64,000 nucleotides of DNA from Candidatus Sericytochromatia bacterium (GCA_036676985.1 JAKFBU010000027.1:192001-256000), one strand, 5' to 3'. Positions 40,046 through 50,149 are shown, counted from the first letter of the stretch. Program-made: numbers and translations. The notes: generated from the letters alone by a model not told the origin.

Positions 40046-41374
40046 CTAGAAGGAGTACTGCACGCTACCGCGCAGCTGATACACGAACTGGCGCTCGATC
40101 GAGCCACCCGAAGCGACGTAGGACGTCTGGTCGGGCTGGTTGATCAGGTTGTAAGAGCCGAGTCCGGTCTCATACACGACGGGCGCGTCGATGTAGAAGG
40201 GCATATCGACGGTCAGCTTGAGCTTGTCGCCCATCACGAAGTACGACAGCGACGGGGTGATTTCCTGGATAGGCTTGGCATCCCCGAACAGCGGGAAGGT
40301 CTTGCCCGCGTTCGGGCCGGTGGTCGCCGTGCTGGTGACGGCCATGTTCTTGTCCGGCATCACCACCGCATAGCGGAGACCCGCCTCGATGGGGTTGAGG
40401 TTCAGGGTCGCCTGGGCGCGGCCGCCGTAGAGGTTCAGGTAGCCGAAGCGGTTGCCGAACCCGGAAGCCAGGGCCTCGGCCTCACCCGACAGGGTGCCGC
40501 CGCCGAAGGGCATCCGCGCCACGTAGTCCACGCCACCCTGCCAGAGCTCGCCCTGGACGGCCTTGCCGCCGGCATCCTTCTTGCTGATGTAGGGGTTGTA
40601 GAGCGGGTTGATGAGCCAGTTCTTGTCGACGGTGTGCTTGTTGGTGAGCACGAGGCCGTGGCCGACCATGGTGTCGCGGGTGAACAGGGCGCTCACGCCG
40701 AGCGTCTGGCGGAACCGGTCCGTGTCGAGGTTGTCGTGCTGGCTGAGGGTCCAGGAATCCGTGTCGGCGTCACCGATGGTGGCGCGCACCGTGAGCTGCG
40801 GGATGCCCAGGATCTCGGGGATGTAGCGCTCGGGGACGTCGCGACCGCCGCCGACCATCACGCCGCCCATCACGTTGACGGGGCCCGCGTTGGCCTGGAG
40901 CATCGCGCCGACGTCGCGGCCCATCTTGAACGGGTTCTCGAGGATGGAGCGCGAGTTGAAGGCGAGCGAACCGCTCTCGGACATCAGCTCACGGCCGTAG
41001 GGGTTGCGGAACTGACCGATGCGGTAGTTCACGCCACCGAACAGCGGGCCCGAGGCGTACATATCGAGCAGCGTCAGGTTGACGTTGCCGGTGTAGACGT
41101 CCTCACCGCCGAGGGCGAGCTGCGAGAAGAAATTGGTGTCGCCCTGAGTGCCCTTGACCCAGAGACGCGACTGCTTCTGGAAGACCCAGACGCGGCCGGC
41201 GCTGCGGACCGACTGCTCGCGACCGAGCATCTCGGCCGTACCACCCAGAACGAAGCGACCGCCGACGGTCACCTTCGCGGCGTCCTCATCCTCTTGAGCG
41301 AGGACGGGGGCGCACATGCCCGCCAACACGGCGGTCGTCAACAGAGTTCCTACTGCAATCAACTTGTATTTCAT
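40046..41374 (-). CDS. Outer-membrane beta-barrel porin (OprO/P-like)
   Basis: Signal peptide; LLDMY, RIGQFRNPYGRE, GRDVG motifs; C-terminal QYSF (Bam signal). Confidence 0.72.
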   Translation of the reverse strand: MKYKLIAVGTLLTTAVLAGMCAPVLAQEDEDAAKVTVGGRFVLGGTAEMLGREQSVRSAGRVWVFQKQSRLWVKGTQGDTNFFSQLALGGEDVYTGNVNLTLLDMYASGPLFGGVNYRIGQFRNPYGRELMSESGSLAFNSRSILENPFKMGRDVGAMLQANAGPVNVMGGVMVGGGRDVPERYIPEILGIPQLTVRATIGDADTDSWTLSQHDNLDTDRFRQTLGVSALFTRDTMVGHGLVLTNKHTVDKNWLINPLYNPYISKKDAGGKAVQGELWQGGVDYVARMPFGGGTLSGEAEALASGFGNRFGYLNLYGGRAQATLNLNPIEAGLRYAVVMPDKNMAVTSTATTGPNAGKTFPLFGDAKPIQEITPSLSYFVMGDKLKLTVDMPFYIDAPVVYETGLGSYNLINQPDQTSYVASGGSIERQFVYQLRGSVQYSF

Positions 41375-41776
41375 TTGCTAATCCGCCACAAACTCTGGCG
41401 GCCTCCTGTGTCCCCATTATCATTTGCCCCCCATGATCCTCCGACCGTAGTTTTTTCGGAGATTTATGACCTCTTAAACAAGCGGATCGTTGGGCAGGCA
41501 TTGGATATACGGAATACATGGCCGGACGATCCGTACAAACTCCGGATGCCGGAAGTCCGCGTTAGTACAACAATCAGTATCAACAGGAAGGGCGGCGAGT
41601 GAAACCGCAAATCAAGAGGTTACGCCCCTTACCTTTATAAGTATCCGTAGTTTCTGCTCAGTAAGTAACGTATCGCGTAAGTCGACCACAAATGTTGAAC
41701 CAAGCGAACACCTTGCACTTGATTAACCGGGTGACCCACAACTTGAGAGCGCCGTAAGAACGGCAAGGAAGAGACC

Positions 41777-42376
41777 ATGAAAGCAACGAAACTGATGATG
41801 GTGGCCGCGAGCCTGCTGGTCGTCGGGAGCATCGCCTGGGCGCCCGCCACGCTCGCCGCCAAGGGCCCCTCGATCGACTTCAGCTCGGACAGCAAGGTCT
41901 GGATGGAAGGCGATTCGACCATGCACGCCTACAAGGCGACCTCGAGCAAGTTCAAGATCAACGCCGACCTCTCGGCGCCCAAGGTTCAGGATGCCAACCT
42001 CGCCGACCTCACGGTGGAGATCCCCGTCAAGTCCCTGAAGTCGGGTGAGGGCGCTCTGGACACCAACCTCTACAAGACGATGGAGGCGAGCAAGTACCCG
42101 ACCATCAAGTTCAACCTGAGCAACGCCAAGGTGAAGGTCTCGGGCTCGGGTGACGTGGACGTCAACGCCGAAGGCGTGCTGAACATCCACGGCCAGGAGA
42201 AGACGGTGGATCTGGTCGCCGAGGGCAAGGTCACCGGCAACACCATCCGCATCAAGGGCAAGAAGGCCCTCTTGATGAGCGACTTCGGCGTCAAGCCGCC
42301 CAACCTGATGTTCGGTGCCATCAAGTGCTCCGACAAGATCACCGTCGGCTTCGACCTGGTCGGCGAGATCAAGTAG
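41777..42376 (+). CDS. YceI-family periplasmic lipid/polyisoprenoid-binding protein
   Basis: Signal peptide; STMH, IPVKSLKSG..LD, KYPTIKF, G.LNIHG, MSDFGVKPP. Confidence 0.9.
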   Translation: MKATKLMMVAASLLVVGSIAWAPATLAAKGPSIDFSSDSKVWMEGDSTMHAYKATSSKFKINADLSAPKVQDANLADLTVEIPVKSLKSGEGALDTNLYKTMEASKYPTIKFNLSNAKVKVSGSGDVDVNAEGVLNIHGQEKTVDLVAEGKVTGNTIRIKGKKALLMSDFGVKPPNLMFGAIKCSDKITVGFDLVGEIK

Positions 42377-42406
42377 CGACAAGCGAACCTCCCACGGTTC
42401 CCGAGT

Positions 42407-42437
42407 GGCCCCGCCTGATGTCAGGCGGGGCCTTCTT
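42407..42437 (+). terminator. Terminator after yceI
   Basis: GGCCCCGCCTGA/TCAGGCGGGGCC stem followed by TTCTT. Confidence 0.8.
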
Positions 42438-42557
42438 GTCTGAACGGAACAGGGAGCCGGTCTTCGGAGTGAGGGGGCCCATGAGCAAGGCGCCTCGTCG
42501 CGCCTGACGCCCTCTCTGCGGGCGTCGGGGCTTGGAGGCGCCCGCGAGCCGTTCCGG

Positions 42558-43454
42558 TTACACGTACGCGGTCTGGAAGGCGTCCCGGTTGGCCTGGACG
42601 AACTCCGCGAGGGCGCGCGCGGGATGTCCCGCGACGTCCGAGACCGTGCCCGTCAGGCCGGCGCTGCGACCGTCGCGCACCCGGGAAAAGGCCTCGACCA
42701 GGTCATCGGCGAACCAGCCCGGCAATCCGCTCTGCACCAGCGACGAGCGAACCTCCTCGGGAGGCGTCTCCACGCAGCGAATGTCGCGCTGCAGCCCCTC
42801 CGACAGGATGCGCGCCACGTCCGTGAACGACAGCTCTTCGGGACCCGTGAGCTCGTAGACGCGGTGGGCATGACCCGGCTCGACGAGGGCCGCCACGGCC
42901 ACGTCCGCGATGTCCCGGACGTCCACGAGGGCCACCCGTCCGTTCCCGGGCGGGGCGAAGAAGACGTCCTCGGCCATGACGCTCGGGGCCACGACCAGCA
43001 ACAGGGTCTGCATGAAGAAGCGAGGCCGAATGAAGGTATAGGGGACGCCGGACTCCCGGATCGCCGCCTCGATGGTCCAGTTCCACTGGGCATGGACGAG
43101 GTCGGAGCCGGGCTCGGCCCCCAGATCCGAGATCTTCACGATCTGACGGACGCCGGCACGAGCCGCGGCGGCGATGGCCCGGCACTGGAGGGTGACCTGC
43201 TCGGCGGAGCCCGGCGTCACCAGGAAGAGGCGCGAGACGTCGCGACAGGCCCGCTCCAACAACTCGTCGTCGAGCGTGTCCCAGCAAACGGCGTCCATCC
43301 CGCGGGCCTCGAAGGCCTTCGCCAGGTGTGCGCTCGGCGTCAGCACCCGCAATCGAATCTGGCGCTCGAGCAACCGCGCCATGACCTCTTCGCCGCCGTA
43401 CTGGCCCAGGAGCTCCCCGCCCACGCGCCCCGACGCCCCTATCACCAGAATCAT
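42558..43454 (-). CDS. NmrA-family NAD(P)H-binding protein
   Basis: ILVIGASGRVG, RPRFFMQ, VDVRDIA, YELTGPE. Confidence 0.9.
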   Translation of the reverse strand: MILVIGASGRVGGELLGQYGGEEVMARLLERQIRLRVLTPSAHLAKAFEARGMDAVCWDTLDDELLERACRDVSRLFLVTPGSAEQVTLQCRAIAAAARAGVRQIVKISDLGAEPGSDLVHAQWNWTIEAAIRESGVPYTFIRPRFFMQTLLLVVAPSVMAEDVFFAPPGNGRVALVDVRDIADVAVAALVEPGHAHRVYELTGPEELSFTDVARILSEGLQRDIRCVETPPEEVRSSLVQSGLPGWFADDLVEAFSRVRDGRSAGLTGTVSDVAGHPARALAEFVQANRDAFQTAYV

Positions 43455-43763
43455 GGGTCACCTCCTCGTAAGGGACGCCGCGCGTCCCGGTGGCAATGCC
43501 GGAGCGCCGTCGGAGGCGCCTGCGTACAGTTGCACGACATGGCTGTATCACGTCGCGATTAGCGCAACTATCCGTTAGCACCACGGATCTTGGCCATGGA
43601 AAGGCGCGATCGACCCTTAAAGTGGGAAATGACGTAGATTTTACGGAACGCTGCCGTTACCTGGGGGCACAGGTGTCTCCATGACGCCACGGGGCACCGG
43701 GTGGCCGCCGCCCCTTGCGATCGCTCCCGGAAGCGGCTCATGAACCACGCGTAGCTTCTCCGC

Positions 43764-43792
43764 TTGACGCCCGCTACCCTGCACGATAGGTT
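43764..43792 (+). promoter_or_regulatory. Sigma70-type promoter of icd
   Basis: TTGACG-N17-TAGGTT. Confidence 0.55.
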
Positions 43793-43909
43793 GGACTATC
43801 ACGGCGCGGCCGGCTCGCCGGACGATCGTCCCTCAGCCGACCTGAAACGCGCCATCGCAAGCTTTGAAGCCCCGACACCCACCGTGTCCTATCAGGGAGA
43901 ACGCACCAC

Positions 43910-45139
43910 ATGCAGAAGATCAAGGTGAAGAATCCCGTCGTCGAACTCGACGGCGACGAGATGACTCGCATCATCTGGAAGTTCATCAAGGAGAAGCTGA
44001 TCCTTCCGTACCTGGACATCGACCTCAAGTACTACGACCTGGGGATCGAGTACCGCGATCAGACCGACGACAAGGTCACGATCGAGGCGGCCGAGGCCAT
44101 CAAGAAGTACGGCGTGGGCGTGAAGTGCGCCACCATCACTCCGGACGAGGCCCGCGTCAAGGAGTTCAACCTCAAGAAGATGTGGAAGTCGCCCAACGGC
44201 ACGATCCGCAACATCCTGGACGGTACCGTCTTCCGCGAGCCCATCATCTGCAAGAACGTGCCCCGCCTGGTGCCGGGCTGGACGCAGCCGATCGTCATCG
44301 GCCGTCACGCCTTCGGCGACCAGTACCGCGCCACCGACTTCGTCGTGCCGGGCGCCGGCAAGCTGACCATGAAGTTCGAGGGCGCCGACGGCAAGGTCAT
44401 CGAGCACGAGGTCTTCACCTTCCCCGGCGGCGGCGTGGCAATGGGCATGTACAACCTGGACGAGTCGATCCGCGGCTTCGCCCGGGCCTGCATGAACTAC
44501 GGCCTCCAGAAGAAGTGGCCCGTCTACCTCTCGACCAAGAACACGATCCTCAAGGCCTACGACGGCCGCTTCAAGGACCTGTTCCAGGAAGTGTTCGACC
44601 AGGAGTTCAAGGCCAAGTTCGACGAGCTCGGCATCACCTACGAGCACCGCCTCATCGACGACATGGTCGCGGCCGCCCTCAAGTGGTCGGGCGGGTTCGT
44701 CTGGGCCTGCAAGAACTACGACGGCGACGTCCAGTCCGACACCGTCGCCCAGGGCTTCGGCTCCTTGGGCCTCATGACCTCGGTGCTCCTGAGCCCCGAC
44801 GGCAAGACGGTCGAGGCCGAGGCGGCCCACGGCACGGTGACTCGCCACTACCGCGAGTACCAGAAGGGCAAGGAGACCTCGACCAACCCGATCGCCTCGA
44901 TCTTCGCCTGGACCCGCGGCCTCTACTACCGCGCCCAGTTCGACGGCACCCCCGAGGTGGCCAAGTTCGCCACCTCGCTCGAGGAGGTCTGCGTCGAGAC
45001 CGTCGAGTCGGGCTTCATGACCAAGGACCTGGCCATCCTCATCGGCCCGGATCAGCCCTGGCTCACGACCAACCAGTTCCTCGACAAGCTCGACGAGAAC
45101 CTCAAGAAGAAGATGGGCCTCGCGGCCACCGTCTCCTAA
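43910..45139 (+). CDS. icd: NADP-dependent isocitrate dehydrogenase (type II)
   Basis: [51 protein letters not shown]. Confidence 0.98.
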   Translation: MQKIKVKNPVVELDGDEMTRIIWKFIKEKLILPYLDIDLKYYDLGIEYRDQTDDKVTIEAAEAIKKYGVGVKCATITPDEARVKEFNLKKMWKSPNGTIRNILDGTVFREPIICKNVPRLVPGWTQPIVIGRHAFGDQYRATDFVVPGAGKLTMKFEGADGKVIEHEVFTFPGGGVAMGMYNLDESIRGFARACMNYGLQKKWPVYLSTKNTILKAYDGRFKDLFQEVFDQEFKAKFDELGITYEHRLIDDMVAAALKWSGGFVWACKNYDGDVQSDTVAQGFGSLGLMTSVLLSPDGKTVEAEAAHGTVTRHYREYQKGKETSTNPIASIFAWTRGLYYRAQFDGTPEVAKFATSLEEVCVETVESGFMTKDLAILIGPDQPWLTTNQFLDKLDENLKKKMGLAATVS

Positions 45140-45152
45140 CCGGTCGTAACGC

Positions 45153-45185
45153 CGAAGGCACCCCCCGGATCGGGGGGTGCCTTCG
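45153..45185. terminator. Hairpin terminator after icd (probably bidirectional)
   Basis: CGAAGGCACCCCCC/GGGGGGTGCCTTCG. Confidence 0.8.
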
Positions 45186-45208
45186 CGTTGGGGCCTTGGG
45201 CTCGCCGG

Positions 45209-46021
45209 CTACGCCGCGGTGCCGAACCGGAAGCTCGAGACCACGATGCCGCCGAAGAAGTCGTCCTGATGGTAGACGCAGGCGCCCGGCTCCGCTTCGG
45301 CCGCGCCGACGACGACCATCAGGGGCAGCAGGTGGTCCTCCTGGGGATGGCATTGGCGGGCGGCGGGCGCCTCGGTCCAGTGCTCGAGCCGCTCGGTCCG
45401 CACGTCCGGCTCCGAGCGGGTGAGGACCTGCTGGAGCCAGCCGTCGAACTGGCGAGAGGGCTCATGGGCCTGCGGGCCGAAGTTGCGGAGGTTGTGGTAG
45501 CTCACGCCGCTGCCGACGATGAGCACGCCTTCTTCCCGCAACGGCGCCAGGGCGCGACCGATCGCCACGTGGACCGCCGGGTCGTAGTCCGCCCTGAGCG
45601 AGAGCTGGACCACGGGGACGTCCGCCTCGGGATACATCACCACCAGCGGCACGAACGTGCCGTGGTCAAACCCCCGGCGCGGATCCTGGCGCGCCTCGAT
45701 CCCGGCGTCCACCAACAGCGACTGCACCCGTGCGGCGACCTCGGGCGATCCCGGGGCGGCATACTTGACGCTGTAGGTATGAGGTGGGAAACCGCCGTAA
45801 TCGTAGATCATGGGCGGGTGTTCGCCCGAGGAGACGGTGACCTCCCGCTCCTCCCAGTGACCCGTGATGACGAGCACCGCCTTGGGGCGCGTCCCCAGCT
45901 CGCGGACCATGGCTTCCAGCGAGGCCTTGAGCTCGGTGAACATGGGAGCCCAGTCTTCCATGTACGGCCAGGGGCCGCCACCATGCGATACGTAATACGT
46001 CGGCAATTTGCTGGACGACAT
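45209..46021 (-). CDS. Class III extradiol dioxygenase (DODA/YgiD-like)
   Basis: SHGGGP, GHW, YDYGGFP, RGFDHG, GSGVSYHNL, HPQEDHLLPL. Confidence 0.93.
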   Translation of the reverse strand: MSSSKLPTYYVSHGGGPWPYMEDWAPMFTELKASLEAMVRELGTRPKAVLVITGHWEEREVTVSSGEHPPMIYDYGGFPPHTYSVKYAAPGSPEVAARVQSLLVDAGIEARQDPRRGFDHGTFVPLVVMYPEADVPVVQLSLRADYDPAVHVAIGRALAPLREEGVLIVGSGVSYHNLRNFGPQAHEPSRQFDGWLQQVLTRSEPDVRTERLEHWTEAPAARQCHPQEDHLLPLMVVVGAAEAEPGACVYHQDDFFGGIVVSSFRFGTAA

Positions 46022-46073
46022 GGGACCTCCTCGCCCGCAAGGGGATGACCCGATGCCTTCGGGCTACGGTCCC

Positions 46074-46102
46074 ACTATAGTACTAGTTAGAACTATCGTC
46101 AA
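46074..46102 (-). promoter_or_regulatory. Sigma70 promoter of the dioxygenase gene with operator-like palindrome
   Basis: TTGACG(46102-46097)-N17-TATAGT(46079-46074); 16/20 palindrome ATAGTACTAGTTAGAACTAT at 46077-46096. Confidence 0.7.
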
Positions 46103-46129
46103 GCAGAGCCGTCCGCTCGGGCTCGGGTC

Positions 46130-46621
46130 TTACGAGCCAAGCCTGCGATACCCCTGGTAGTACAGGAGCGGGTCGTTCGGATCGAGCACGCGCAGCCCGA
46201 TCACCTCTCCGACGAACAACGTATGGTCGCCGCCGTCGTATTCCGCCCACGTGCGGCACGCCAGGTTGGCCATGCCAGTGGCGAGCATGGGGATGTCCTC
46301 GTGCCAGTCGTAGGCGAGCTGGGCCTCGACTTCCGGCGTGCGCTTGCCGGCAAAGTAGTTTGAGAGGTGCTCATGCTCGCTCTTCAGCACCGTGATGCCG
46401 AAGCGCCGGGACTCCTGAAGGAAGCCATGCATGGCGGATCCCTTGCCCACCGACACCAGCACCAGGGCCGGCGACAGCGACACGGACGTGAAGGAATTGG
46501 CCGTCATGCCGACGACCTCCTCGCCCTTGGTCGTCGTGACGACCGTGACCCCGGTGGCGAATGTGCCCATGGCCTTGCGGAAATCGGCACTCTCGAAGGT
46601 GGTGGAAATCGGAGCAGTCAT
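46130..46621 (-). CDS. Flavin reductase (HpaC/RutF family)
   Basis: FRKAMGTFATGVTVVT, GMTANSFTSVSLSP, GGDHTLFVGEV, PLLYY. Confidence 0.93.
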   Translation of the reverse strand: MTAPISTTFESADFRKAMGTFATGVTVVTTTKGEEVVGMTANSFTSVSLSPALVLVSVGKGSAMHGFLQESRRFGITVLKSEHEHLSNYFAGKRTPEVEAQLAYDWHEDIPMLATGMANLACRTWAEYDGGDHTLFVGEVIGLRVLDPNDPLLYYQGYRRLGS

Positions 46622-46953
46622 GAAACGGTCCCTTCTAGGCGGGTAGCGCTGGCAAGCGGCCTCTGTCGTCAGCCCGCCGGCCTTGATGTAAGTGGGGTTG
46701 AGCGTTGGTGCGCCCGAGCAGGCTCAAGCCATCCGAGCGTCCCTGAAATTGTAGCACTCGCCGTGGCGGGCCACACCATTTCCACAGCCCACAGCTGATG
46801 ACCGGGACTTCATCTCCCGGCCCGATCAGACACCGACCAGCTCCTCACAGACCCGACTGCCTGGGCATGGGCGGGAACTTCCGAGCCATCCCGGCGGTCA
46901 TGAGCTGAAAGCGGCGAGCCAGGGCTCGCAAAGCAACGGAGCGAGGAGGGACC

Positions 46954-47304
46954 ATGGGTATCGACGGCCTTTCGGGTGGGGGCATGCGCTCGCTGCAGGC
47001 CTGGCAAGTTCGGCGCGAGGCCAAGCAGGTCGCGGAGCCTGATCCCCGCGAGTTCATGGAGTTGGTGGCCGACGTGCCGGGCATGGAGGCGCCGGGCGGC
47101 ATGAGCGGGGTAGCGGCGCTGGAGGCTTCGCGTCGGCTCGAAGAGCTCCGGAAGACCACCATCCCGGACGTGGCGGCGATCGACCAGGCAGGTCTGAGCC
47201 AGCACAACTTCGTCAACCTCGAGATGCAGACGCTGCCCAAGCTCTGGCAGGACGACAACCAGGTCCGCTCGCGGACCCTCCGGGACATGCTGGACGGTCG
47301 ATGA
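46954..47304 (+). CDS. Hypothetical protein (116 aa)
   Basis: GAGGAGG SD; host-like codon usage. Confidence 0.65.
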   Translation: MGIDGLSGGGMRSLQAWQVRREAKQVAEPDPREFMELVADVPGMEAPGGMSGVAALEASRRLEELRKTTIPDVAAIDQAGLSQHNFVNLEMQTLPKLWQDDNQVRSRTLRDMLDGR

Positions 47305-47381
47305 ACAGCCTGGATGGCTGGTCACACCTAGAAGGGTCGGACCGGGGCCCAAGGGCCCGGATGCATGGCTGAGCCTCACGC

Positions 47382-47411
47382 TTGACATGCAAGTCACGGC
47401 TTGCATATTAT
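47382..47411 (+). promoter_or_regulatory. Promoter and probable ArsR autoregulatory operator
   Basis: TTGACA at 47382; palindrome ATGCAAG-N6-CTTGCAT at 47387-47406; TATTAT at 47406. Confidence 0.7.
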
Positions 47412-47433
47412 GGACCAGGAGATCTGCTGGAAG

Positions 47434-47727
47434 ATGCCTGATCCTGATGACGACGTATACCGAGCCATTGCCGACCCGACCCGCCGAGCCCTCATGGACG
47501 TGCTCAGCGAGCGCGGGGGGCAGACGTTGTTCGAACTATGCTCCCGGCTGGTCATGCAGCATGGGGTCAGTTCGACGCGACAGGCCATCTCCCAGCACCT
47601 GGAGGTGCTGGAGGCCGCGGGCATCGTCGTGTCCAAGCGTGAAGGCCGGACGAAGCTCCACTGGTTCGACGGCGCACCGCTCAGACACATCCTGGAGCGG
47701 TGGCCCATCCCCCCTCGACAGGAGTGA
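47434..47727 (+). CDS. ArsR/SmtB-family transcriptional regulator
   Basis: AIADPTRR, RQAISQHL.VLE.AG.V...REGR; start could be ATG47410. Confidence 0.9.
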   Translation: MPDPDDDVYRAIADPTRRALMDVLSERGGQTLFELCSRLVMQHGVSSTRQAISQHLEVLEAAGIVVSKREGRTKLHWFDGAPLRHILERWPIPPRQE

Positions 47728-47730
47728 CCC

Positions 47731-48123
47731 ATGAGAATCTACGTAACCTCGGTCTTCGTGGACGACCAGTCCAAGGCGCTCACCTTCTACACCGACGTCC
47801 TCGGGTTCCGGAAAAAGCACGACATTCCGCTCGGCGAGCACTCGTGGCTCACGGTGGTGTCCCCCGAGAATCCGGAAGGGACGGAATTGCTGCTCGAGCC
47901 CGACGTCCACCCGGCGGCGAGGGCGTATAAGCAGGCACTCGTGGAGGACGGCATCCCCTGTGCCTCCTTTGCGGTCGACGATGTTCCGGCGGAGCACACC
48001 CGGCTCTCGGGGCTGGGCGTACGCTTCACCCAGCCCCCACTCGACATGGGGAACGTCGTGACGGCGGTCTTCGATGACACGTGCGGGAACTTGATCCAGA
48101 TCGTCCAGATGAAGGCGGCCTAA
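47731..48123 (+). CDS. VOC/glyoxalase-family protein
   Basis: SVFVDDQ.KAL.FYT.VLGF, WLTVVSP, FDDTCGNLIQ. Confidence 0.92.
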   Translation: MRIYVTSVFVDDQSKALTFYTDVLGFRKKHDIPLGEHSWLTVVSPENPEGTELLLEPDVHPAARAYKQALVEDGIPCASFAVDDVPAEHTRLSGLGVRFTQPPLDMGNVVTAVFDDTCGNLIQIVQMKAA

Positions 48124-48192
48124 GGGAGCCAGCGAATTGGGTGAGCGGCGGCAGATGAAGGCGGCAACGCCGTGAATTCGCCCGTACGCTGA

Positions 48193-48250
48193 GCACGAAA
48201 CAGCAAGGGAGCCTGGTGGATGACCCACCGGGCTCCCTTGTTGTTCGTGC
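48193..48250. terminator. Long hairpin / terminator after the VOC gene
   Basis: About 26-bp imperfect stem GCACGAAACAGCAAGGGAGCCTGGTGG/CCACCGGGCTCCCTTGTTGTTCGTGC. Confidence 0.7.
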
Positions 48251-48496
48251 GCTTGCCGGGAGGGTCTGGGATCTCGACTTACCCCAATGCTGTCGACTAT
48301 GGGTCCTGGCGTCCCATTCGGAATCAAGCGGGCTCAATGGAGGAAGGAGAGCTAGGCAGTTCCAGAAGGGCACTAGCGACGCTGGGTAACAGGAACGTCA
48401 TTCATCCTGATATTGTTCCGGGTCCTGGATCGGCCCTAGAAAGGGGGAGGTTGCGGGAGCAACGAGGCAACGCTCGACAAGGACAGAGGGGTGAGC

Positions 48497-49954
48497 ATGA
48501 GAAGAGGAAGGATACGTCTGCTTGTTTTGTCTGCGGCGTTCGCCGGGATCGTGTCCTGCGCCGTTAGCACGGCATGGCCTACCGCCGCGTCCTACAGGCC
48601 GGCGTCCGCCTCGGCATCGCCGACCTCGACTCCCATCGAGACGATTGGATCCTTCGAGGACGTGGTGGTCGATGGAAACGTCACCGATTCCTATTTCAGC
48701 CTGGCGGTCGACATCAACAAGGACGGAAGGTTCGACATCGTCAAGCTGAATCTGGGGCTCGCTGCCGGGGCACGAGGGCCGAACGATCCTCCGCAGGACC
48801 AGCCGGGCCAGATCGTGTGGTACGAGAATCCGAGCTGGAAGAAGCGTGAGATAGCGAGCCTGTCCGTTCCGGTCAGCATGCACCATGCGGATGTAGACGG
48901 TGACGGCTACCAGGACCTGGTCGTGGGTGACCAATATGGGCTTTGCATCTTCAAGTGCAAGCCAGAGAACGGGCGCATCGCATGGTTACGGAACCCCGGA
49001 GCGAACGCCAGCGCGACCTGGAGCCTCCACCCCATCGGGCACCTGATGGCGGTTCATCGCCTGAGGTTTGGTCACTTCACGCAGGACCGGTCACTAGAGC
49101 TCATGGCGTTTCCAGTTGTCGGCGGTACGGATGGTGACGTGCATGCGCCGCTGAAAGTCTTGCTGTTTTCCAGGCCGAGCAACGTCCTCGATGCCAAGCA
49201 GTGGCCAAGCACCATCGCAAACGACACGGTGCGAGCCATGCACGGTGAAACGGTCGGCAAGTTCTCAGGAACGGGCTCGCGCCTCGATTCCGTCCTGCTG
49301 GCAAGTGAAGAAGGCATTTCCCTGCTGCGGTACTTGCCCAACGGAACGTGGGCCACGACCAACATCGCACAAGGAGAGCCGGCAGACACGACCTCGCGGA
49401 ATCCGATCCAATGGAAGGGGAGTGGTGACGTGGACGTGGGCAAGGTCGGCGCGGACAACACGGCCTATATTGTCGCGCTGGAGCCCTTCCACGGGAAAAA
49501 GCTCGTCGTGTACACGAAGGCTGACCAACCTCAGGTGGATCCGAATAACCCGATCGGGAGCGCCCGATGGACCAGAAGGGTCCTCGATACCTTTGGAACG
49601 ACCCAACCCAAAACGGATGAGGGCCCGGGCCACCATGTGCTGACCGGCGACTTCGATGGGGACGGAAGCGACGAGTTCCTCGTGGCGTTACGAGGGCCCA
49701 TGCCGACCCAAGGGGTGTATCTGTACAAGGTGGTCGATCTTGCCGCGGGCAAGTTCGTCCGGCAGCGACTTTCCACCATCTCTGCCAGTCGCCTGGCGAT
49801 CGCGGACTTCGATGGCGATGGTCGGCTCGATGTTGCCAGCGTTCCCTACGTGGTGACGACCTTCTTCAAGGCACAAGACCCCAAGGTGATGCTGTATTTG
49901 AATCGCACCCCTCATGCCAGGCCGGCGGTCAGGGCCGACTTCGTGAAGCCATAG
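48497..49954 (+). CDS. Secreted FG-GAP beta-propeller, homologous to the aldos-2-ulose dehydratase (AUDH) N-terminal domain
   Basis: DxDGDG repeats; PVSMHHAD..DQYG, GRIAWLRNPG, HRLRFGHFT, EPFHG, WTRRVLDTFG, DFDGDGSDEFLVA match AUDH motifs as recalled; N-terminal signal peptide. Confidence 0.8.
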   Translation: MRRGRIRLLVLSAAFAGIVSCAVSTAWPTAASYRPASASASPTSTPIETIGSFEDVVVDGNVTDSYFSLAVDINKDGRFDIVKLNLGLAAGARGPNDPPQDQPGQIVWYENPSWKKREIASLSVPVSMHHADVDGDGYQDLVVGDQYGLCIFKCKPENGRIAWLRNPGANASATWSLHPIGHLMAVHRLRFGHFTQDRSLELMAFPVVGGTDGDVHAPLKVLLFSRPSNVLDAKQWPSTIANDTVRAMHGETVGKFSGTGSRLDSVLLASEEGISLLRYLPNGTWATTNIAQGEPADTTSRNPIQWKGSGDVDVGKVGADNTAYIVALEPFHGKKLVVYTKADQPQVDPNNPIGSARWTRRVLDTFGTTQPKTDEGPGHHVLTGDFDGDGSDEFLVALRGPMPTQGVYLYKVVDLAAGKFVRQRLSTISASRLAIADFDGDGRLDVASVPYVVTTFFKAQDPKVMLYLNRTPHARPAVRADFVKP

Positions 49955-49970
49955 GGTTCTCCGCCGTACC

Positions 49971-50010
49971 AAAAAAGGGGCCCAGTAACCCGGAGCGTTA
50001 CTGGGCCCCT
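49971..50010. terminator. Hairpin terminator
   Basis: AGGGGCCCAGTAAC/GTTACTGGGCCCCT with a 5' A tract. Confidence 0.75.
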
Positions 50011-50149
50011 AAATACCCGCAACGGGACAGTGATCGAACGTTTGTGGTCCACTTCATCGCGGCCCTGACCGAGCCCGATGCTCCCGCCGGACAGGATGGA
50101 TCTGACTGGCATTCGAGCACTGTGACGGACGAGGTGCTACCATTGCGGC

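Noticed and set aside
43799-43909. Structured icd leader as a known ncRNA motif
   Set aside because: A GGCGCG/CGCGCC stem is expected by chance at this GC content; no family match recognised.
46622-46760. Possible riboswitch (ZTP/SAH-like fragments) in the flavin reductase leader
   Set aside because: Only a GGCGGG/CCCGCC stem and partial motifs; core consensus not met. An Infernal scan would settle it.
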